Of a stretch of DNA of 64,000 nucleotides, positions 27,811 through 39,654 are shown one piece after another. Every line of letters starts with the position of its first letter. The first letter of the stretch is position 1. Both the position numbers and the translations under genes were made by a program. The notes beneath the pieces were generated by a model. That model was given only the letters and a program-made list of their open reading frames with translations, had not been told where the DNA came from and did not search any database. Source of the stretch: Camelus dromedarius (lineage: Eukaryota); contig NC_087436.1 of assembly GCF_036321535.1 (NCBI RefSeq), forward strand, positions 434,001 to 498,000, written 5' to 3'.

Positions 27811-28279
27811 TTCATTGAAATAAACGTTCAGCCTAAATGATAAGAGTTATGTTTTATTTGGCTGGAGGACTCGAGCCGTTATGGCAACCTCTCAGATCAC
27901 TCTGAGGGACTGCTCCCAAGAGGTAGGGGAGGAGCTAGGATATATAGAAGTTTTACAAGAAAGACCAGGTAGTTGGAACAATAAAATATTGCTTGTTATC
28001 TAAAGAAAACCAGATATCTCAAGATCAAGTATTTAGTGCTTTTCTATGTATGGGAGGAAGCAAACATTTGTGTCATTGAATTCATCCCTTTGGCAAGTAC
28101 CTAGCTATCTAGGGCCAGTATCCTGTCCTTTCTTACTCTGAGTCCTCTCAGAGGGCACCACTGTGAGTGGCTGAGAGGCTGGGCTGCAGGCATGCACTCT
28201 TTGGGGGTGGCAGCAGCCGCTGATGACTTGGTTTCAGCATTCTTTGTTTACTGACATGGTTGCAGTATTTTCATTCACA
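27811..28279 (-). mobile_element. 3' LTR of provirus
   Basis: Begins TGTGAATGAAAA on the minus strand, preceded by the purine tract AAGGGGGAG. Terminal CA eroded. Confidence 0.93.
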
Positions 28280-28283
28280 GTGC

Positions 28284-28292
28284 TCCCCCTTG
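28284..28292 (-). promoter_or_regulatory. Polypurine tract of provirus
   Basis: ctccccctt on + is AAGGGGGAG on the minus strand, 4 nt before the 3' LTR. Confidence 0.8.
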
Positions 28293-29164
28293 GTCCTAAA
28301 TTCTGCCAATGTTTTGAGAGACATTTCATGACCAATTTTGTCCCATGGTGCTAGGATGGCTCAATCCTAGTTCAGGTGAAGAATCTTCTGAGTTGCCATT
28401 CAAGGTGCTAGTTTTTTATCAGGCCCTGTTGATACTAAAAATTCTCTGGATCACCTGTCTTACTTGTTTGTTATGATCCAGGAAGTGTTTTCCCTTCATT
28501 GCTCATTCCCATACCTAGAATCACACTATTACAATTACTTTATTCAGGGTTATAAATTTTATCTATTTCTTCAAGATGTTTAGTCATCATCAATTTTGTA
28601 GGCCTAGTTACACTTTAGGAAATGTAACAGACAATTTTATAAAATAGATAGGATATAAGTAATACAGCTAGTAACGTTAATAAAGTCACGATTAAGAATT
28701 TAATAGTCGGGAAGTTGTATTTTGGGGTTAAAATTTTGCTTGTGTTTCTGATTGAGTTTGAGTGATCTTATGAGAAAGTTCATATTTATGGTCAGGGTCA
28801 GAGCAGGTATTAATTGGTCAGGTGAGGTCTCCCACCTTGTAAGATCAACAGAGGCCTAAACAGAACTATAATTTCTTTTTAGAATAACGTTTCTGAGGGC
28901 TATCTAGTTAGAGCCTTGGAGTAGGGAAACTCACAAAGGTAACACAGAAGAACTAGACATAGGTAATTTACCATAAACTTAACAATTGGAGTAGTTCATA
29001 ATCAAAGGTAGGAGAAATTATCACAGTAATTTTTATGCAGGCCTGGTACGGTGTCTTGGGTCAGCTGTCTACCTCAGATATCGTCTTCTTCTCATCCTGG
29101 CCTGGTAGCTTTTTCTCCATTTGGGCATTGTTTTAAGGTGAGCAGTGCTCTATAGGCCAGTGCA

Positions 29165-29340
29165 TTGCAGGGGCTATTTCTGATAGGAAATGAACCCGAA
29201 AGTCCGTTTCCTTCAACTTTGGTTTGTATGGTCTATTTAAGAGTACCTGATAAAGGGTCCTTCCATTCAGGTTGGAGACAGTTCTTTAAGTCATGCCTGT
29301 TCCAGTTTGTATAATCCCCTGGCTGCAGGTCATGGGGCAT
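29165..29340 (-). pseudogene. Retroviral integrase C-terminal (GPY/F) remnant
   Basis: Minus strand reads PHDLQPGDYTNWNRHDLKNCLQPEWK, then with frameshift a GPYQVLL-like motif. This is the characteristic ERV1 integrase tail. Confidence 0.85.
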
Positions 29341-32300
29341 TGGAACTTTACCCAAGGATAGATTAGTGAGCTTCAGAAACAAAGCTAGAGTATCCTATTA
29401 ATAATTCAGTTAAACTGTACAGCAATGTGACATAACAGCAAGGAATGATTGGGAAGTGTGTTAGTAAATACATAAGTCAATTAACAAAGCTAGAATTTAA
29501 TATCCACTAAAATATAATCTTTTTTCTCTCTAAAGTTACCCTCATTTTTCTCAAATAAAGCCATGTCAAGATTAATTGCTTTACAAGTTGTCTGATTATT
29601 TGATCATATAGGCTTTTTTAAATTGGCTGTGTTGGAACTTTTAATTAGGAGTCTCAGGGTAGAATGTTAATAAGGTTTGCTAAGGCCAGGAAAGCCCCGT
29701 CAAGGGCTTGTCATGGATTTCTGCCTTACAGATTTAGGTAAATTCTTTTCTCTTTAAAATCCTTAAAATACCTTGAGATTCTTATATCTGTTAGGAGATG
29801 ATCTTCCTCATTTGTCTGATAGAGCCACTGGGGACCTAAGAGTTTTTAGTCTATTGAGGGATCAGATAGAGAGAAAATATAACTGTTCCAAGTCTGATTA
29901 CATAGGTATAATTTATCAAATTGCTTTGAATCATAGCTAGCTTAAAGAGAAGAGATTCTTTATGTCTGGGAAACAGGTTAAAAGCCAGTAGTATTTTAAA
30001 CAAAATCAAAAATTATAACCATATTCACCAGTTTACTCAGTCCCATGTAACTAATTCTTTTAATCACAGTTTTCATTGGAAATTTAAAATTTCTTACCCA
30101 GTTTAGTTCACTGCTATAGTTTGAAATTTATTAGAAATCAGTAAATCTCCTTGAAGAGCAAGCATTTTGCAAAACCATCAGAAGACAACCATTAACTGTC
30201 TATAAATGACAAAAGATTTAAAATCATGGTTAAACACCGTTACACTATAATCGATAAAGAAACCTGGTCACTATACCCAGAATTATCACTGGTAACATTT
30301 CAGATATACCAGAATTTTAGGGAGTCCATATAATTTCTACAATATCTATATTAATAATATTTTCTCATACAATATAACCTTAGAAGATTTATTATTCATT
30401 TGACAATACCGTGTTATTTAACATGCCAAATGAAATTTACTAGATTAAAATCTCTCTTTGGGATGTTTCAGGGGCCCTCTGTAGCATCCCAAACTTAACT
30501 GGAGATTAAAAGAACTTTAATTAGAAATTGATATTTGGGAAGCTTGTTAAAGATTTCAGAACACTTGGTCAGATAAACATATAGATCACTGTAACGTAGT
30601 ACTAATTCATTAACAAGAAAATGCATCAAAGGTAATGGCAGAACAGATCAGTTAAGTGGTATAAGAAGTTTTACAATCTGTTACTGAAGGTGGATTAACA
30701 TTTTAAGAAAATTTTTTCCTCTTAACAGCGAGAAAACCAAATCTAGTCTTGTACCTGCTTACTTCTAAGTTTCATTTACTTTGCCCAAGTTGATTCTAAA
30801 CTTAGCCAATTCCGACTACGTATGAAACTCTTTCCTCAGGGTTCCTCTTCCACAAGCCTTCCATAGCTTTCTATACTCATATTAGTGTGTCCCTTATTTT
30901 CTCTTCCATTCAGAAGTAACCAGCTTCAGAAGAAAGTCACTATTTTTCATTAACAAAATATAATTCCATTCTTATAATTTCCTTTACACATTTAACTTAC
31001 TTTCCTAGGATACTGAGATCATTCCCTTAATAATAGAGACTATTTCAGTGTGGCATCATCCATTTATTAGTATTTCTAAACACCTTTATTTTCTCTGTAA
31101 GAGGAAGTTATATGTTAAGTAATTCATATATCAATCTTATTTTATCTGAAAATGGCATAGCTATTTAATAAAATCCTATCATTTGACTTAATTTAGCACA
31201 ACTCTAGAATTTAAAGATACCAAACATTTAGAGATTATCTTAAGCATACATTTTAAAAATATATTTTAAAAATTTACCCAAAGCTCTCATCTCATTTGCA
31301 TTTAATTTACTTAAAATTTTATCACACCACATTACTGTTTTTTTTCTTGACAATTCTGCAACAGATATAACAGGATCTTATTTGACTTTCATTAAACCTA
31401 GGTACAGTAAAAGCATTATACTTAATATTGATGACTTTAAAGATGTCTATATTAATTAGAACATTCTTAAATTAAACAATATCAAATATTATCTTAATAT
31501 TGAATATTTTCCAGTTCACGTGATGCTGAAAGTCAATTTGTTCAGTTTTTATTTTAAAAATACTTAATTTTCAAGCTCTTATGTTTTACGTCAATTAAGC
31601 AGATCTCTTTGACTTTGATTTTTTTTAGCTGTAGAAATATCTCACATCAATAATGTGTACACAGTCTTATAAATAGACAAAAGCTAGAGATCTCATAGCT
31701 TCACTTTAAAACTTACTTATAAGATAGGTATAATAATAGTTGGAGTAAAGTGAATTTGCTTGCTCAAATCACTGAGGCTTGCTATTTATGAAACAGACAT
31801 TTAAGATTTCTTGACAAAGTCTGAAGGACACGTCAGAGTTCTGAGTTCTAAAATGCCAAAAATTTCTTGGCCTTAAGTTTTATTTCGTTGAGCTAATTAG
31901 GCTCAGTCCTAGGTCACTGTTTGCTGTATTTCCATTTCTGATCTGCAAGACAAAGACACAATCTTCCAATTCCCCAGAGAACTGCTCTGTCACCCAGACC
32001 CAATTTTCTCTCCTTAATTGGCATTTTTTTTATCAGTGAGAAGAGCTGTAAACAAAGAATTCCATCTTTTAAAACCTTAAGGTTTAATTTATCATGTTTT
32101 CCAAAGCTTGCATAAGGCATTTAGTAAGGTCTCTTTTCCTTGAGTTATAAGTTAAACCCAGGGTAAACCTCTTATTATATTTTTTTATTAGCCACTGAAT
32201 ATTAGTTTTTAGTTTTACGTTATACTGGACGGCTCATGTAACTCTGTTGGTTTCTTTTACCTTGTTCAATTAATATATTCTGAGGGACAGATTTGTGCCC

Positions 32301-33168
32301 AGACTTATAAAACCAAGAAGGGGAAGCGTTTTTCCATTGAAACATATCTATCCCACAACATAATTAAGCAAAACTTTTATATAAAGACCATTTAAATATA
32401 CCAATTTTACAAACTTTTATCTCAATTTTATTAAATCTTATACCTTTAATTTTTATATTTATGTTTAAATCAATAATTCTTATTTATAGAAGGAGTGCCA
32501 GAAGCCATTTTTTTTTTGTGTGTGCATTGTATCTAATTTTATAGAAAAGTCTCTAGGATGCCCAAGTTTCAGCCAAAGAGCTTAGACCCTTCTCAATTTT
32601 TAATTTGATTAATTGGTCTGTTGTCCCAATCATTGATCAAGTATTTCAGTCTATATATACATATATTTTAAACTGTGGCAAATAAAACGGACTTGTTTGA
32701 ACTTTAATGTTGGGGGGCAGTAGGTGATCTCTTTGGCCCTTTATTTTTACTTTATGTAGTGTAGTATCAAAACCTTGTACCTAAATCCAAAAATGTCCAT
32801 TTTATTTATCTCATTCAAAATAATCATATAAAAATATTTATCCACTTGGGTTAAGCCCCTTATCTTTTTTTTTCGACATTTTAACAATCCTTTTTCCAGT
32901 TATTCAACCTAATTAACATTAATAATTCTAAGTTTTTATTAGCATCCCTAGAACCATTTATCGGAAAGGAAAAACACAAATGTAGCTTTTCAAACCAGTT
33001 TTATTTTTTTCACTAAGTTCTTAGCTTAAACATTAGATATATTTTTCTACCTTTAAAATTGATTTTAATAGATACCAATAAAACAGCTGTTTATAATGAG
33101 ATCTCTTTCAACTCTCACCAATTTAAAAGTTTTTCCAAATTAAAGGATCCATCATATGGCCATCATTT

Positions 33169-33233
33169 TATATATATATATATAATAATATATATATTAT
33201 TATTATATAATATATATATATAATATATATATA
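33169..33233. repeat. (TA)n-rich tract with a 22-bp perfect palindrome (33182-33203)
   Basis: ataataatatatatattattat is self-complementary. Confidence 0.9.
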
Positions 33234-34074
33234 GTGATTTTAAACCAATAAGATGAAGAGGCTCTTCCACATGAGAGTGGGGGTGTTGCCTAAATAAAAT
33301 TCAAAGGTTTACTCTTCAAAAGCTAAAGGCCTTTGTGGTCCAGGCTGATGAAACAAAGTTTAAGATGGCAAAATATCTGACAATTGGTACAAAGAATTGC
33401 TTAGAATCCCAATTTATTTGCGTGGCCACCATATGTACACAATACTTGAACCTTTTGTATGGCAGAGTCCAAGGTTTCCTTTAAAAAAAAAGTAAACTTA
33501 TATATACATACATACACACACTTAAAAACCCAGAGAAAGATAAAACGTTTACATTTCAAGGACACAGGAAGAGAAATCCAAGTTCCCCCTAACGGGAATT
33601 TTGTTTGTATAAGTTCAGAATTCCAAAAAATGTTTTTATCAGGCCTGGTTAGTTACTTTCATAGTGAGGTTTTTTTTTTTTCTAATTCCCAATTAATGCT
33701 GTAAGTTTTGTACGTACATAAACCTGGCTGGGGTAATAGTTGGAGGCTGGCAATCTGTCATTTTTTCTTTTCTTTTCTGTTTTTTATTTTTTTTGAAAGT
33801 TCTATTCCACATTGTAAGGTCGGGTTCTCACAATAAATTTGCTAGTAAGATTTCCCTCAGGGACAACTCTATGGCATGAAGTCTTTGCCTCTACCACTCC
33901 TGCAAGATTCTCTGTCACCAGAGAAAGCTGCTACCAGCCAGGAGGAGGGTCCCATTTTTGGAGTTGAAAGATTACTCATAAGAGTTTTACTTTTATCCTG
34001 AAAAATTCAAAGGAGGTAACCAAATTGAGGAAAACATTAGACCAACCTCTTACCTAGCCACTCAGCCCTGAACC

Positions 34075-34262
34075 CAGTGTCCTTCAACTTGGAATCACTC
34101 AGGACGTCTCCACTGGGTGAGTATTTTCCTGGTATGTTTCCACCAGCCCCACATCGGACGTCTCCGCAAGGTGGGTATTTCCCGTTATCTTTCAACCAGG
34201 CCCCACCCAGTATGTCTCCACTGGGTGGGTAATTCACCACAGTATCTTTCAACTGGAGGGCC
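34075..34262 (-). repeat. ~3.5 degenerate copies of a 54-bp unit in the proviral leader
   Basis: gacgtctcc/tatgtctcc recurs at 34103, 34157 and 34211, followed each time by gggtg.gta..t.c...tat.tttc.ac. Confidence 0.85.
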
Positions 34263-34446
34263 AGTTACCTGGAAACACCGCCAAATAAAACTCAGGATCA
34301 TCAAACAATATGTGATTTCCGAGAACCAAGAGAGACTCACCCAAATTCATCTGGACCCCCCGAGGAGGCAGATGGGCACAAAGGGCCACTTATGGTACCA
34401 AGGCTCCAGATACTCGGAGAGTTCAGGTGGAGAAAGTCTGCTCTGG

Positions 34447-34464
34447 GTCCCTTCATGGTGTCCA
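34447..34464 (-). promoter_or_regulatory. Primer-binding site, tRNA-Arg type
   Basis: Minus strand TGGACACCATGAAGGGAC, 4 nt after the 5' LTR. Matches 15/18 to TGGCGACCACGAAGGGAC, the complement of the tRNA-Arg(UCG) 3' end as recalled. Confidence 0.8.
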
Positions 34465-34468
34465 AAAC

Positions 34469-34943
34469 TGTTGACTGAAATACATGTGCAGCCTAAAGGT
34501 TAAGAGTTATGTTTTACTTGGCGGGACGACTCGAGCCGTGATGACAGCCTCTCAGATCTCTCTGAGGGACTGCTCCCAAGAGGTTGAGGAGGAGCTAGGA
34601 TATATAGGAGCTTTACAACAAAGACCAGGTTGTTGGAACAGTAAAAGATTGCTTGTTATCTAAAGAAAGCCAGGTATCTCAAGTTCAAGAATTTAGTGCT
34701 TTTCTACGTATGGGAGGAAGCAAATATTTTGGACTCCCTGAATTCATTCTTTAAACAAGCACCTAGCTACCTAGGGCCAGTATCCTGTCCTTTCTTATTC
34801 TATGTCTGCTCAGAGGGCACCATTGTGAGTTGCTGCAGCTGCTGGGCTGCAGGCCTGTCCTCGCTGGGAGTTGGCGGCAGCCGCTAATGACTTGGTTTCA
34901 GCACTCTTTGTTTACTGACATGGTTGCAGTATTTTCATTCACA
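34469..34943 (-). mobile_element. 5' LTR of provirus
   Basis: Minus strand TGTGAATG...CAGTCAACA, followed by the PBS. Confidence 0.95.
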
Positions 34944-37279
34944 TTGTAGTATTTTCATTCACGGACTGATTATGGATAATCTGCAAACTTGGAAAGCAAC
35001 CGAAATGGAATTATTGCAGGTACATTCTTCTTTAATAAGCCGTGTGCAAACATAAACATGGAGGAAGCATACATTTGGATTTGGTGGTGTAGGGAAGGGT
35101 TTCTGCACAATACAGGAGAAGGCAATGCAGAATTCCTTAAGTCCACCTTTCTTTTCTGTAGTGGTTTCTGAGAACAGTTTATGGTAATTAACCAACATTG
35201 ACAAATGGTGGCACACATTGCATTTAAGAGCTGGCCGGCTGCAAACTTGTGTATTGGACAGGTGGAATTCATAGGCAAATGGTCAGGTGGATGGGAGAGA
35301 GACGGAGCCTAGGCCTGGGCCCAGATTCCGGTTTAAATCGGCATTTCCTCACCATACGGCCTTGGACTAGAATGCAACCTCTCTTAACCTGTTGGTGAAT
35401 CTGTGAAATGGGCATGATAATATTCGTTTCTTCCTGGGATTGTTGTAAGTTCTAAAGAGTATTGTAGCACACATGAAGCACTTAACACACTGGCACTTAG
35501 CAGTGTTCACTGTGTGCGGCCGCCCCGCTTGGCATGTGTCAGAGCCGTAAAGGCAGCATGTGTCTGTTGAGGATGCACTGGTAGCCCCTTGAATAGGTTG
35601 TGAATATGGTGATTCCCTTTAATCTTGGTAACTCTGTGTGCCATGGGAAGTTATTTTCATGGACAGATGAGGAATCTCAGGGTAAAGAAGACTGAGTAAT
35701 TTGCCCAAAGTCAGACCATAATTTTGGGTGCAGGGGCCTCTGTTCAGCATGGGCCCCAGGGCCTTCTGCCCTCTCCATTCAGCACCAGAACCAGATGTGG
35801 GGTCGGCTGTTTCCCAGCCCAGAATATCGGGCAGGCCGCAAGACACACCTGGCTCTGCACTGCTTGAGCAAAAACTCCGGAGGAGAGGAAGTTACAAAAG
35901 GGATAATCATAAAAACAGATGACAGCAAACTGTGACCAGCACTGAGAAGGAAAGGAACACGCCTCGCAATGCAGAGCTGCGAGCTTTCCCGTCGGGGCTG
36001 CTCTGGGGGCGTTCATCTCAGCTAAACAAACTCTGCTGCTGCACCAAGGCAGGAAGGCAGGGAGCGTGTGGCCAGGTAGACAGGGCCTTGTTAATCATAC
36101 TCATTCCCCATTAAGCTGCAGCTGTCACGGGCACTTACCTAGTAAACAGATGTCTTCCATAATCATCACGCACTTTTCTTGGTAGTTTTATTGCCCCACC
36201 TTTGAGATGAGGTCATTGAAGCTGAGCAGTTTGCTGCATGCCCGTGATCACCATGGAAATACCCCCACTGGTCTTTCAACCTAGACTGGTGTGGCTGTCA
36301 TGTCCCAGCCCTGTGAATGGCATCGTGTTGCTTCTCCCAAGTGTCCCAAATGACTGACATTGATATTCTTAATTCGTAGGAAATGGTATGTGACAATAGG
36401 AGAAAAAGGTAGTAAGAATTTGTTTGGAAAACTAGAACAAAATCCAATTCTTCCCCAGCTGGGGGAGCGTACCCTGTGTCACTCACCCCACTCACTGCGT
36501 GTCACCTCCTCCCTGCCGTCTCCGCATTCAGAAGCCACTCTGAGCCTTTGAAGAACATTTTGCCTCATGACACTGTTGACTAGGACCTGCGACCTCTCTG
36601 TCCCTGGTTAACTCTCTCTTCAAAGCCATTTAAATTTTTTGCAGGCTCCTCCGCTCAGATGTAAGAATATTCTCTTTCAACTTCTTGATGCAGCTCCTTA
36701 ATGAAGATCTCGTGAAGGAAACTTAGTCAAAACCTGGGAGGTATGCACACAGTGACTGCAACCTCAGCACTTTATGAAGTTCAGAATCAGATTTGTGGGT
36801 GACTCAGGAAAGGCTTTTTTATGGTAACAAGGGGAAAGTGAAAGGATGCAGGCTGTGTGAGACTGAAACATCTCGGTCCCAGCCAGCAAGGCACCGGCAT
36901 TCAGGATGGTGTGTGGGGAGTGCAGAGTTCTCACAAAGAAAGAAGTGTTGGGATGGGAGGGAGGACAGTTAGGTACTTTACTGTGGAGGGAAAAAGTGGG
37001 TTAAGCATTTCCTGGTTGAACAAGAGGACTGTGACATGATGTGCTTGTATTTTGGAGAGAAGGGTTTTGTGGGGACAGGCCTAGGGAGAACGCTCTGTGG
37101 CTGTGGAGTCAGCACAACAGAGAAACACAGAACCGTGCAGACCTCAAGGCCCCTGCTGGGGAAGAGGCTGCCCGCCAATTCGAGCCCTGGGGGCAGCTTC
37201 TGTCCCTTAGCTGGGGCCTCAGAGCTCCCTTCACAACCCAGTCCTGTTGATACAAGGAATAAAATGTGAGGCATGAGAA

Positions 37280-37868
37280 GGGCTGTGTCCCAGGCTTTGG
37301 TTGAGCCCCTGGGATGTGTCCCACCAGATTTTGTTCCTTGGCTTTGTGCAGTAAAGTTTTCAAGAGCAAGCCAGTGTTGAGGAAAGGTAGATTTATTCAC
37401 AGAGACACATTGAAAGGCAAGAGAAAGGCCACGAGGTGTGGGGTTTGGGTGCTCAGATTAAAAGTAGGTACACACTCCACAGAGTGTGGGCTTTCTCCGA
37501 AGAGGGAGAGAGAGGGGTGACCGCGAGGTGGCGCTGTGTTGCTCGTTTTCTTGGGCTTGGTGGTTTCATTTGCTAATATATAGAAGGACCAGCCTAAGGG
37601 CAATGGGCTGGGATTCCCAGGGAGTTGGCCATTTCCCACCCTTTGACCTTTTGTGGCTAGCCTTGGGACTGCCATGGTGCCTTGGGGCATGTTATTCACC
37701 ATGTTACTATTACAATGGGTGTATAATGAAGCTCAAGCTCTGCTAGAAGTTAAATCTCTTCATCCTGAGCCTCAAGGCCTACTGGGGGTTGAATCCTTCA
37801 CCATTTTGTTGTTAATTGCTGTGGCCTTCCTTGAATGGCTGTGCTCTGCCCCTTCCATCCTGTCTCAC
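37280..37868 (-). mobile_element. Solo ERV1-type LTR (left boundary approximate)
   Basis: Minus strand starts TGAGACAGG. Contains atttgctaat (~37568), minus-strand AATAAA (tttatt, ~37392) and the typical ttggctttgtgcag..ttcaagagcaagcca segment. No clean TSD found. Confidence 0.7.
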
Positions 37869-38053
37869 TGTGATGACACAGAGAGAGCAAAGGCCGGGAC
37901 CTGCCTGTGCTCCTGCATTTAACAGCAGGAAGTGTGGAGTGGGCTTATGATGACTCTGAGTGGTGAAAAAGATGTTTCAGATTTTGCCACGTGAGACATG
38001 GGGACCTGCCAGCAGCCATCACAGATGTATCTCAAGGACATTATCGCTTGTGT

Positions 38054-38443
38054 TGTTACAGAAACAACAGGCCAGCCAAGAAACATGCACTGAGATTTAT
38101 TACACCGGCGGGCTCAGAGGGGCTTCTGTTCTGAAGCTCTGAGCACCTCCAAGACCTGCACATGAGGTTCTATAGGGTTAATTACAAGTAAGGGGCTATT
38201 AGCCAATAAGGCTCAAACAACAAAAAGCAAGGAATCAGTACACTGAAGCTTATGAATTTGGAACAGATCACTTTACTGACAATTGTTGACCTTGGATTTA
38301 CGAGTTAGCTTATTAGCCCATTCAACTGACACTAAACTTCAGATTTACGAGTTAGCCCAGCAATACTTAGATCAGTAAACCGACACTTATCACACTTAGA
38401 TTTGTGACTTAGCTCGTTAGCCCAGCTGGGCTTTTCCTTCACA
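38054..38443 (-). mobile_element. Solo LTR (390 bp) with perfect 4-bp TSD
   Basis: gtgt|TGTTACAG...CTTCACA|gtgt. Minus-strand AATAAA at ~38096. Three internal gattt(a/g)(c/t)ga(g/c)ttagc repeats. Confidence 0.9.
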
Positions 38444-38554
38444 GTGTCATTCATCTTTTCTATATTTCTTTTTTTTTTTTTTTAAGTATTTAATCCAAAT
38501 TTAATATCAGGTTTTTTTGGAAAGAAATTTCTCTTTTTCTTTTCTTTGGGACTC

Positions 38555-38657
38555 CTTTGGGGGGGTAGGTAATTAGGTGTATTTATCTGTTAGTGGAAGC
38601 CCTGGGGCTTGAACCCGGGACCCCGTGCACGCTAAGCACACCCTCTACCACCCCCCC
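38555..38657 (-). mobile_element. tRNA-derived SINE (camelid-type)
   Basis: ggtaattagg..ctggggcttgaacccgggaccccgtgcacgctaagcacaccctctacca. Confidence 0.8.
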
Positions 38658-39004
38658 ATGATCTTTTCTTTTTGCTTTAGCTGCCAAGAATCTTACAGCT
38701 GAATTTCTAGTCGGCCTTTAACACTTGCCCTGACTCCAGGGAATCCATTTTTATGACTTTACCTCCCCCTGGTTTCATTTAAGTATTGAATCTCCAATTT
38801 CCCTTCACTCTCAATTTTGCCTTTTTGTTGTTATGGTTGTTAAGGTGTGTTTAAAAAAATTGTTTAATTTCTCTTTTAGCAGGAGGCTGAAAGTAAATAA
38901 ATATGTAAACAAACAGCACACTTAAATGCTTTTATACATTCTAAGCTGTTTAGTAGTTACTTAAATACCGAATTGAATATTAAAGTGATAACATTTTTAA
39001 ATTA

Positions 39005-39162
39005 TTTTTTAATTTTTTACAAAGATATAGATGATTTGAAATATGATATGTTTCAGGTGTACAATAGATGCTCCATTTATAGTTACTGTAAATATTGGCT
39101 GTATTCCCTGTGTTGTAAGATAAATCCCTGTAGCCTTACATTACATGTTGCAGTTTGTATAA
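39005..39162 (-). mobile_element. Short L1 3'-end fragment
   Basis: gtttcaggtgtacaa..tatagttactgtaaaatattggctgtattccctgtgttgta. Confidence 0.65.
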
Positions 39163-39654
39163 GAAAGTTGGGTAACGCAGAGTCTGGGGCATGGCTGTGT
39201 CTGACCCAGGGTCACGCTCACCCTGCCTGTCAGAGCCCAGGCCCTCACTCCTGTCTGCAGGGCAGCGAGTGGAGGCAGCCCTCATCAGCGCTGGCAACAC
39301 CCTCTGAGCGGCAGTGACAGCAGTGTCTGTGTGTGGACGTGCATAGTGTTTTTCCAGGAGCTTTACATGCATTTCTGCATTTAATAATTAAAGCCCTCCT
39401 GTGAGGAAGCGTTTTATGATTTTAATGAATAATACATTTTATTTTGATATTGATAGACTTCAAACCTCCGGAAAATTTACAGAAGTAGTACAGTAAACGC
39501 TTAGATACAGTTCACCTTAAAGGGCACTATTTGTCCTTTTGTGTCTGGCTTATTTTAGCATAAAGTTTCAAGGTTCATCCATAATGTAGCCTGAGTCAGT
39601 ACTTTATTCTTTTGGTTTCATAATATCCTTTTTCTTGTTTTTCGTTTTTGGTCT

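Larger units (their letters stand above)
27811..34963 (-). mobile_element. Two-LTR non-autonomous ERV1 (MER4/MER41-group-like) provirus, ~7.1 kb
   Basis: Direct repeats at 27811-28279 and 34469-34943 (27 mismatches in the first 250 aligned nt by my count). GGAC(T) flanks both ends. PBS, PPT and an integrase remnant are present, with an AT-rich non-coding interior. Confidence 0.95.

Noticed and set aside
34075..34262. CRISPR-like repeat/spacer appearance
   Set aside because: Degenerate tandem units without unique spacers, inside a mammalian ERV leader, with no cas genes.
36978..37922. Cluster of 70-140 aa ORFs
   Set aside because: GC-rich intron and LTR sequence with no recognisable protein motifs, open on both strands as expected by chance.
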